A stretch of 64,000 nt of DNA from a virus: IMG/VR virus record IMGVR_UViG_3300020045_002218, positions 1 through 64,000 of that record, one strand, 5' to 3'. The notes beneath the pieces are model-generated. The model was not told the origin of the DNA. It saw only the letters and a list, made by a program, of their open reading frames with translations, and did not search any database. Position numbers and translations under genes: made by a program. Position 1 is the first letter of the stretch; each line of letters opens with the position of its first letter. Shown here one piece after another: positions 9,076 through 21,000 of the stretch.

Positions 9076-12000
9076 ATGTCTACTACGTTTAATAATAATA
9101 CAACTTTCAATAACAATTCTTTTGAAGATACAGCTACACCTTTAATACAACAAAAGAAATTAAGTTTATTAGATAGTGTATTTAATAAAAGAAATGAACT
9201 TGGTTTCAGTTCAGCTAATTTAAAGGATAGAGAAGTACAAGCATTAGATGCTGATACAGTAAGAATCAATCCTAGTGTAGCTGATAAGGCTTATGATCCT
9301 TTTGTTAAACCAGTAGATGTAAGACTTAAAAGTAATAACTTTGGTGAATCATTTAATGCTTTTGAAACTTCACATGGTAATGAGAATGACCCTGAAGTAG
9401 CTGCTAGATTACAGAAGCAAAGAGATGTTATTGATAATGAGTGGACTCATGGATGGTTTAATCCCGCTACAAACCAAGATGTGTATGATAGAGGTGTTGC
9501 TGGTAAACAATTATTAGCAGATAAGCTTAAACAAGTTAATGAAGGTAAAACTGGATTAGACTTTGCTTTAGGTGAAAGAGATAAGTTTGGTAGACCATTA
9601 GGTGATATGAAATTATCTAATGAGAATACTTCTGTTATTGATTCTATGAATACTCCTGAAATTAACTCAGCATATAACACACCTTATAATTTTGCTAAAG
9701 TAAATCAAGATAATAATATTATAGATCATGCTAAAGATGCTTTAGCTAGTTTTGGTACTGGTGCTACTGTACTTGCAGGTCAAGGACTTGTTGGTATGGC
9801 TGATTTAGCTCAATACGGAGTTAAGAAAGGTTTAACAGCTTTAGCTGATAAAGGTTCTGATTATGATAGAGCTATTAATGAAGCTCCGTCAATAACAGAT
9901 CAGTTACAAGAAGTTGGGTATGACCCATTAAGAACTAAAACTACATTAGATGAAGTTTTACATTCAAAAGAATGGATTAAGAAAGAAGCAGAAATGCAGA
10001 ATGTTATTTCTAAATCTGATGGTGAATGGGATGCAGCTAAAAATACTTTTGAATTCTTAGTTAATAATCCAGCACATTTATTAACTAGTGCTGTATCAGA
10101 ATCTTTACCACTAATGCTTGGAGGTATGGGTGTTACTCAAGCAGTAAGTAAAAACTTAGCTAAAAAGACATTGGAAAATGCTTTAAGAAATACTTCAAAA
10201 GATAGCTTAAAAATACTTGGTGCTGGTGCAGTAACCGAAGGATTACAATCTGCTGGTGCAATAGCTGATACTGCTGATTTACATGGTAGAACACAAGACC
10301 AATATGCTCCTAATGCACTATTAGCTGGTTTAGGTACTGGTGTTATTAATATGGGTATGAATACTGCTTTAGGTGATATAGCTACAAATATTGCTACTAG
10401 AGGTGCAGTAGGTAAAACAGGTATAGTTAAATCAATTCTATCTGAAGGTGCAGAAGAAGCTCAACAAACAGCTTTAGAAACCATAAATACTAATATTGCT
10501 GAAGGTGAAAAAGACATCTTTAAAGGTATTGGTTCAGAAACTGTATTAGGTACTGCTGCTGGTATGGCAACTGGTGGAGGTATGGCAATTCCTCATAGTG
10601 CTATAAATGCTCTACAAGCTCGTAAAACACCTGAAGACACACAAACACTTACTGAAGATGTAAACACCTCTACAAACGAAGATTTGCACCCTTCTGTTGG
10701 AGTATTTACAGATAAAGTAAACCAAATAAAGAATGAAGTGGATCCTGTAGTAAAACAACAAACAGTAGAAGAATCAATTAATGAACTCCCTACTGATGCT
10801 TCTCTTAAGGATAGAAAAGAAGTACAAAACCAAGTTAATACTATGGTTAGTAGTATTGATGAAACTTCTTTATCATCTGAATTTAAAGCTAAACAAACAG
10901 AATTTAATACCCAAATACAGGCTGAAGATGAGTTACAAGCATTAGATGTATCTACCATTAAACCAGAAGAACAAGATAAAGCAATAGAGAATATTTCAGC
11001 TAAAGTAAATACTCTAGTATCTAAACCAGATAAAGCTACAGTAGATTCTCTTGTAAAGGTAAGTGATACCTTTGCTACTAAGTATCAAGATTCAGATACT
11101 ATTAATGATCCCTTGGTTCAAACTGTACTTAAACAAGAGACATCTAAAATGTCTCCTTCAGAGACTGCTACAGCTCAAAAAGAAGCTAAGGCAAAGGTTG
11201 ATGAGGGTAAACAAGTTACACCCTCTAAAATAGAAGATTTAGTACTTTCTAAACCTAATATAGATGAATACAAAGTTAAGGTTGAAACTATTACAGATGA
11301 CAATAGACAGGAAATTATAAACCAAGGTATTAAAAATTATTCTCATGATGGTACTTTACCTGAAAAGATTCAAATGGCTACTGCTATTGGTAAAGCTAGA
11401 GATGGTTATAATTCACCTGAACATGACGCAATCTACAGACAAGTTAATGCAGAGATAACATTACAACACTGGGCAAAACAAGCTGCCTTTAAAAGTATGA
11501 TTAGTGATCCAGCTAATACAATAGAAGATATTGAAGCTGATCTTGTTAGTAATTCTACAGATTCTACATCAACTAATACTGGTTCAATATTTAATGATAT
11601 TGGTAGAACTAAAGATAAAGATACATTAAATATTCTTAAAGATATTTCTATAGCTAAACAAAAAGAATATGCAGATAGTGATTCAGTTAATGATCCTTAT
11701 GTATTAGCTACTACTGGTATTGAAACTAAGAACTTAGAACCTAGAGCATCTGAAACATTCTCTGCTGTTATGAGAGGAGAATATAAAGGAGATCTTAATG
11801 AACCTTTACTTAGATTATCTGCTAACTTAACTAACCCAAAAGATAAAGATACTGCTATATCAGCATTAACAAAAACTATCTCTAAAGTATATTCAGATAA
11901 AGTAGATATTACTGACACTACTGAAAGAACAGTTAAACAAGCATTAAATACTATTAATGGTTTAGTTACTAATAAAGGTACTATTACTATTGAACCAAGT

Positions 12001-15000
12001 GATTCATTAGAAGAGATACATAGAAAGATATTACCTATATTTGGTTCAACAATGATTGAAGGTGATACAAGTAAGTTATCTCCAGAATTTGTTAAATCTA
12101 ATAATGAATTAGTTACTGCTTTAAAAGAGCATGAAACTAAATACTTAAAAGGTAAATCTACAGAAGAAGTAGCTAATGATAAATTGGTAGGTGGTGGTAA
12201 GTTACCTAGTTATAAAGATCATGTTGGTTTAATTCACTTAGCTTTAGCTAATAATGCTAGTAAAGAGTTCATTCAAGCCAAGGTAAATAAATTATCTAAA
12301 TGGGTATCTTATGATGCTAATAGGGCTAAGTTATTCACTAAACTATCTACGACTACTAATGAAGAAGAGAAAGCTAATTTAGTAGAACAGCTTAAAGGTA
12401 AAAATCCCTTTACAAGTAATGAAGGATTATCATTTACAACTGGTTCAGTAAAATTAGCTGAACAGTTAAATGATGAATCTAAAATAATGGTAGATGCTTT
12501 AACCAATATGCAGAATGAAGTTAATACTCATTTTGGTATTACAACACAAGTAACTCCTACACAATCAGGTAAAGGTTTAGTTAAAAAAGTTCCTGGTGTT
12601 ACTACTAAAGCACAACAAGTAAAAACTACAAGACTTAAAAATATTTCAAATCATGTAAATACTATATTAAAAGATACTGCTCTTACAGAAGAGTTTATGA
12701 AGTCTTTTATTGATACAGGTGAAATTAAGCTTAAAGAACTTAATGCTGATATTGCTGATTTTCAAAAACAACAAATAACTAATGAACCTGAGTTTGCTCC
12801 GTTTGATGATACTAATATTCCAGAAAATATAGATGATAATTTAGAGTCTACGGTAGATGTAGAATCCTCTACAAGCAATGAAACAACTAAACCTGAAGAA
12901 GTTATTACCTCAGAAGATAAAACTCCTGTAATCGAAGATTTGGAGGATTCTGATGAGTCTTTAGAAGATAAATTAAATCGTATATGGCAAGAAAGATATG
13001 ATGCAGAAATGCAACAACAAGAAGAATTCTTTCAACCTACAGCTAAGACAGAACATTACGTTGTAAACTCAGAATCCTTTCCTAGATATGATGATGAGAA
13101 CCTAGTTAAAATAAATACCTTGGTTCAAAATCTAGTTAAGTTCGATGACACGTTAGATATGCCTAAAGCTATTGAATACATTCAAAAAGCTTTAAAAGGT
13201 AAAACAGATAAGTTACCTAAAAATATTCAAGATAGGTTAAATAGACCTATGGTTCAAGAAAAGCTTAAAGAGATTAAACCATATAGTTTAATTTTAGAAG
13301 ATTCTACAAATAAAACTAAACATAAGTTTACTCAAAAGTTTCATTCTTTTAGGAATGTATTTATAAATGGGATACAACAATTTAAAGTTGTTGATGGCGA
13401 AAGGAAACCTATAAAGAAAGCAAACTTACCTATTCATAATATGATTCTTAGAATGTTTAAACCAGAATCGATAGAAAACAAATCTCTTTATAACAAGTAT
13501 CCTAATCTATTTAAAAATCTTTTTAATATTCCTGAATACTTTAGAGATGTTGTTAAAACTAAAGAAGGTGAAAGAGCATTTATACAACTAAGGAATGAAG
13601 AAGCTAGATTTCAAAAAGCATTTCAATATACATTCAAATTTGAAGTAAATGATAAAGTAGATCCTTTATATATGTTTACTAATGATAAGCATGAAGTAGA
13701 ACCAAATATTGTATCAGCTATATTTGTAGCTAGTATGGATTGGATGTTATCTAAAGGAAGAGATACATTATATAACTTTCCTAAAGATGCTAAAGCAATT
13801 GTAGGTATGAAAGAAGAAGATACACTTGAGCCTTTAATAGTAAATGAATTAGCAACTAAAGGTAGTGTAAGAACTGTTATTGCTAATGCTATAGGAAATA
13901 CAGCATTTGCTAATTTAAAATTTAAACCAAGTGATACATATTCAGAGGCTGAAATAGCTAAATTAAAATTAGCTTTAGGTTTACATGCTGTAAACACAAT
14001 GGTCAATTTAGGATATGTAGAAGTATCTGGAGCAATAGAAACAACTACATTTAATTCATTTAAGTTTAATAATTTACTTAATTGGAAATATGTTAATCCA
14101 AAATTACCTGCTGATACTCAGAAAGAGTCTGTTGTATTTATTCGTATTGCTAATGAAATGAAAGATGGTGTTCATGAAATTAGGGAGGATATTAAGAAGA
14201 AATTAGATACTATTAAAGCGGGTGTTAAAGAAGTAAATAAATTATTTGATATTGAATACTCAAAAGAATTACCTAGATTATTTGAACCAACTGAAGATGA
14301 TATTTATACTTATCTTGGGGGTAATAAAGAAACAGGTGAAAAACCTAGAGCATTACACTCAAACCAAGTAATTGCAAATAGAAGAGTTAAAAATCTTACT
14401 AAGTATATTCAGCAAGCACATACAATGAATATACCTGTTAATGCTTTAGCTGTAGCTTTAGGTAAAGATGCTATTAAAGATATTGTTATGGGTAAAGACT
14501 GGAAGTTACCTCAACAACAACATACAGCTAAATCTTTTGAAGGTAAATTACGTTCATTTGAAAATAATTACGAAGACTTTGAAACACTAAATAAACTTGG
14601 TTCAAGTGATCCAGAACACAGTATTTACCATTTATCTACTTACTGGAAACAAGGTAGAGTTGGAGGTTCATCAGTAGGACATCCACAAAACAATAAAGAA
14701 GTAAGAAATTTATCTGCACCTAAATCTCAAATAGTAAAGGTTAAAGCTAAAGATGATGTTCTTAGAGTTGAATTCAAATTAGCTGTATTAGAAGCATTTG
14801 GTAAAGCAGCTAAGTCATTTTTAAACATTCAAGAAATTGAAGAAGCATATATAGAATTAGAAACCAAGTATGCTGATGCTATACAAGCAATCAAAACTTG
14901 GGAAGAAACTAAAGAATTAGATAAACAAGTAATTATTGCTGCTGCTCAAGAAGGGGGAGAGAAAACGCATTCATTAGCAGGATTAATGGCATTAGCACAA

Positions 15001-18000
15001 TACTCACCAGATAAAGAGTTTACTTCGTATATTGGAAGAGAAGTCGATGGTATTACTAACGGAGTATTAATTGGTTTAGTTCTTCTTTCAGGTGTTAATA
15101 ATTTTGATGTTTATAAAGATGTGTTATCAGCAGCAGGATTATTTGAAGATCCTAACATGACTTATGCACAATGGGAAAGAGAAGTTAATGCAGAGGGAAT
15201 TACTAATTTAGATAACTATAAAAAAATTACGAGAACATTTTTTGATGAGTTAGAGAATATTTCTGAGAATGCTTTACACGATAGATTAGGCAGTAATTCT
15301 AAAGCTAAGTTTCAAGCTATTAAAGATTTAACTGGAGAATTAGTTACACAACCTTCTATAGATGAAATAGGTAATGAAGTTAAAAGTGTTATTACTAAAG
15401 CAGGAAGAAACTTCTCTAAACCATTATTATTACTTACTATGTTTGGTAAGTCTGCTACTAAACTAGCAAATTCTAAAGGTGATGATGTAGTAACAGCTTT
15501 TTATGAACAATTAGCTAAATTATATAATGAAGCTAAAGCTTCAGAAGAAAAGGTAGATAGGGAAGCTGTAAGAAGTTTAATTAATAAAATTGAAACTATC
15601 TTAGGTAAACCCCTTTTAGGTAATATTGTTGAAGATGGTAAACTTAAAAAAGTTAGTGAAAGTTCAAGAGAGAATGTATTAGTACCTCTTACTGCAAGCA
15701 ATATGCTTAATTTTAAGCTTACAAACCAAGATAATAAAACTATTGTAGAGACAGTAAGTAGATTATATAAACCTGAAATTACAGCAGCTATTGATGCTTT
15801 CTTTGGTGCTACTATTGCTAATAGAAAGATACTTAATGATGCTTATTATATTGTGGGTGAAGTATTTAAACTTGGTTTGAAAAAGGAATTAACAGCATTT
15901 TCAAAGAAGTATAAAAGAGAACCTTCAGAAGTAGAATTTGATAATATCTTAGAGAAGTTAAAAGCTATTCAACCTTTAGCTCCTACTTCAGATGCTACAG
16001 GACTAGAACATCATGTACAGTTATGGGATTCTTCTAAGAGTTCTATTCAAAGAGATAACTATGGTACTCAAGTAAATTTCAATCATCCTGAAGGAGTAAT
16101 GATTGATTATACGATTTTAGATAGAGAAGGTAACTTAGGTTACTATAACATAAAACTACCTAAATCAGCATCAGGACATGCTGTAGGATTAGTATTAGAT
16201 TCTCTTGGTGTAGGTGTAGCTATTATGCACATACATAACAAAGATTCAGAGGTAATAGTAGATACAATGTCCTCAGAGTTTACTGGTTTAGGTGTTCATG
16301 ATGCTTGGATATTTAATATAGCTCAAGCTGTATCTGGATCTGCTTTTATGAACCAATCTCTTAATAAGCATCTTAGAAATACTGACGTATTTAAAGGAGC
16401 AGTTGATTCAATAAACAGAGTAATGAAGTATCTTGAATCTAATGAAGATATTTTAGAAACAATAAATATTGAACTTGTTAATACAACAAATCCTGATAAG
16501 GGTATGTTTAAAATGCAAAGATTCTATGACTTAACAGATAAAGTATTTACTCCACAATTTGAAAATTTAGATCAATATGTAGAATATCTTAAGGCTGTAA
16601 GTGCTGAATTAAAAACTCAAAGAGATGAACAAATATTTAAGAATATTCCTCCAACAGGTGTTAAACAGTATGGTGGTACTGATGGAAGTCAAGATGTTAA
16701 AGATATTGCTGACTCAGAAGCTCAAATAGAAGCAAATAGAGCTGTTAGAGAAGCAGCTAAGGCTAAAGCAGCTAAAGAAATACAAGATGCTAAGGATGAA
16801 GCAGAGCGTAAAGCTAAGGAAGATGAAGAAGCATTTAACGATGAAACATCTAAAGTATTTATATACAAAGATGTTTCTATTGATACAGCATTTGCTTTAG
16901 GTAAAGAACAAAAAATAGTCTTACGAGAATTAATTGATTTTCTTAACTCAGATTTTATATCTAGTGATCCTAAAACCTTTATACATACTGTAAGTGGAGC
17001 AGCAGGAACAGGTAAAACAAGCATTATCGGGTATTTAGAACAATATATGCGTAAAGCTAATAAGTATGAACCCCCTTTCAAATATGCAGCTCCTACACAT
17101 GCAGCTACAGCACAATTAGCCGTTGCTATAGCTAATACTGGTGGTACAGAATATCCACTAACAGTTAAATCTAGTTGGTATTTAAACACTTCTGGAAAAA
17201 CTCCTGTATGGTTATTTACAAAGAAAATGGGAGATAATAATAGTGTGCTTGTTGTTGATGAATCGTCTATGGTTGAAAATGATGAAATAGATGGTTTAAT
17301 TAAAGCAATGCAAAAACCTATGCAAATGAATGTTAAGAAAGTCATTTTAATAGGTGATGAAAAACAACTTCCAGAAGTTAAAGAAAATTCAAGAGAGAAG
17401 CAAACTCAAGTATCTAAAGCTTTTAGAGAGTTTAATGTATCAAATTTAACTAAAGTATACAGACAAAAGGAAAATTTACTTTTATCTATTTTAGGTAAAA
17501 TGAGAGCTTCTGTAACAGATAATTTATATAAACCCAAACCAAATGCTTCTAAAGAAAATATAGAGTTTTTACCTATAAAAAGAGATTTCTTTATAGCATT
17601 TGTTGAAGCATATAAAAGAAATCCTACAGAGACTATAGCAGTAACATTTACAAATACTGGAGTAGCTCAGTTAAATAAATTTATTAGAAAAGAAACATTA
17701 AAAGATAAATCAGCTTTTACTCAAGAAGGTGAAACAGTTGTAGGATATGCAGGATACGGAAATAAAACAATTGAAGGACAGCATATCGCTAATTCATTAG
17801 CATATAAACTTGATAGTATTAAACATATTTCTGGAATACAGGGCGTAGTCTTGGATGCTACATCACCTAAATTAAATAAAATAAATGAATCAGAAATGTC
17901 TGTAGATGCTGATGCTTCAGCAATTTACTTACAACTATCCGATACAGATTCTCTTAATATCGAGGGGGAAAATAAAAATTATGTTGCTAATAATACATAC

Positions 18001-21000
18001 ATAAGCGATATTTTTAAAAAAATATATGATTTAAGTGATTCTTTTTATAAAACGCCGTATACAAGTAGTGGATTTACGCAGTATAAAAATTCTTTAAAAA
18101 AATTAACACAAGTTTTAGCAGGCATAGCTTTAGGGGATGATTATATTTATAACCCTAAAACAGAAAGAATGGAATTACTCAAGAATAATTCTGTAGTTGC
18201 TTCACCTAGAGTAAAAAAAGATATTACTTTTCCTAAAGGTATTGATTACGGATATGCAGTAACTATTCATAAATCCCAAGGAATAACAATGGAAAATGTA
18301 TTCTTTGATGCTTCATTTTTAGGTGATAAAGACGTAGCTATTATGAATAAAGATAGGCAAGTAACAACACTTAAACAAAGCCTTGCTTATGTAGCTATGA
18401 GTAGAGCATCTAAAAAATTAACTGTGTTTGCTGGTGAAACTCCTTTTACAGAGTATGTTGAAGGTACTTCCAAACAAGAAACTAAAACTAAACCAAGTGA
18501 AACCAATAAAGAAGAAGTACCTCATTTAGTCATTACTCCAATACAAGCAGTAGATAATAAAGCTACCATTAAAGGTAAATTAGCTAATAAGTTTATTGGA
18601 TTTGCTGAAGGTATTAATAATAGTTCAACAGGAGAGTATGCTAAACAAGCTGGAGATAAAGCTAATACAGGTGTATATACTTCTGATGATATTATCTTTG
18701 TTTCTGTTCCTGGTAAACGAGGTAATGCTGAAGTAAGGAAAGCACAACAAACCAAGACTATTAAAGAAGCTATTAAAGCATTAGAAGCAGGAGCTACACT
18801 ACTTACTGACAACGAAAAGTATGTTACATCAAGTGAATATAATGAAGGTGAGTTACGCCTTAGAAATAACTTATTACATAAAGGATATAAGTATTCTGAG
18901 ATAACTTCTGAAGGTCAAGTAATTGGTAAATGGAATAAAGAAGAAGTAAAACCTACAGCAACTCAAACCAATGAAAATAATAAACTTCTTGGTTCAACAC
19001 CTAATGCTAAAGATTTACTTACAGAAAAAGCAGACTTAATTAAAGATGTTACTGCTGAGAATATAGTATCTGAGTTTGATGCTATGCCTAAAGGTGAAGA
19101 TGAAACACATAATACATTCTTAAGAAACTTTGTATCTCAAGTAATAGCTCCAGTAGTAGAACAAACTGAATTACTTTTGTTTAGTAAAGCTACATATAAC
19201 TATGGACAGTATTCTGCTGAGTTAAAGAAAGTAGCTATTAACTTAGGTCAAGCAATGTCTAAGGATTTAGATAAGTTTCAGATGTCTGCACAAGAAGTAT
19301 TTGCTCATGAATTTGTGCATGTAGTTCAATGGGCTGCTTATGGACTATATGATAACAAGCATATTAGAAATATAGTTGATACACTGTTCTATAAACTAGA
19401 GCATGAATTTAATAAATACAAAGCAAGACATCCAGAAGATAAATCTTTAGACAAGTGGGATGGTTATGTATTTAATAATAAAGACTTTATTGATGTAACT
19501 GTTCATAATACAACTACTGGTAAACCAATGGTTGTTAAATATAATAGAGGTATTCAAGAATTCTTAGCATTTGGTTCAACTAATAAAGAATTTAGAGAAT
19601 TACTTACAAAGCTTAAACCAAGACAATTAAAAGTAACTGAGGTAAGTGCATCTACAGTAAGTGATGAAATAAGAGAAGCTACTTGGATTGAAGTAATATC
19701 TAATGTTCTTAAGAAAGTATTAGATTCATTTATTAGATTAGCTAAAGGTAAAAATTCTTTAGATCCATTAATTATTTTTGATAAGAATGTAAGATTTATT
19801 TTAGCTGCTAATGGTAAAACAGGTTACTTAAATACGACAGTTCCTATAGTAGATAGAGGAGATACTTTTATATCTGAAAAAGCTAAGGATGTAGGGTTAG
19901 GTGTACTTAAGTTTGTAGCTAAAGGTAGAGGATCTAAAATTCAGATTATTGATTCACTTGGTAAGTATGCTGATACTCTTCCATCTATTGGAGGATTTGA
20001 AACCAATAAAGTAATAAGAGAAACTCTTAAACTCATTAAACATGAACCAACTAGAAATATGTTATTGGATACTGTTAATGACATTAAAGGAACTACGGAA
20101 GCTAATAAACCTTTAGAGAATGCAATTCTTAATCAAGGTACTATTGAAGGTGAACGTAATACAGCTACAGCTAAAGATGTACAAGAGTATCAAAAGAAAG
20201 TAGGTGTACTTAGTGATTTACAAGATACAGCATTTAAAAATGTTGTATTGTCAGGTGAATTATTCTCTGTAAGAGATAACTATCCAACTAATTTTATTAA
20301 GTTATTAGAGGATAAATCTGAATTAAACCTAGAGATTAAGACTTTAGAATCACAAATACCTAAGTTAGTTAGTGATACTAACAATCTAGCTAGTATGATG
20401 GTGTTAGGTAAATATACAGAAACTGGTTTGGGTAAACATAATGCTGCTTTAGTAGCTAAACAAGGAAGGAATATTCCTCAAGATAAGTATCAAAAAGAAT
20501 TAGATTTAGTGACTAAATTAAGTAGATTGTATGCTATTGGTTTACAAGATGTGAACCAAGTAAATGAAGTAGTTAAGTTACTTAAAGATAAACCACAAGC
20601 AATGAATGAAGTAATGAATGTACATAGAGAGAATGTAAGAAAAGCTCATGAAGAAGGACATGCTCTTACTATTCATGATGGTGAGATACCTACATCATAT
20701 AACCCATTTAGGTCTATTCATTTAGGTACTAAAGAAGATGAGAAATTCTTAGTAGAGAATTGGGGAGCAACTATTATTGGTAACTTAGAAAGAGATCCTA
20801 ATGATTCTTTAACTACTCCAGGTGTGTTGTATTTAATTACTGAAAAGACTCAACAGGATTATGATTCTAAAGCTATGGCTTTTGTAAGTAGAAACTCAGA
20901 ATCAAGTAACTTTCATTCTGGTTTTGTTATGACAGATAGGTTTAAAGCAGCAGAGAATAGAGAGAAAGCTAAACTAAAGGATGCTGGTATTAAATCAACT

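Noticed and set aside
171-18812. Minus-strand ORFs inside the late genes (e.g. 7065-7418, 13623-14006, 16722-17345)
   Set aside because: Antisense shadows of long + genes, with no motifs or RBS
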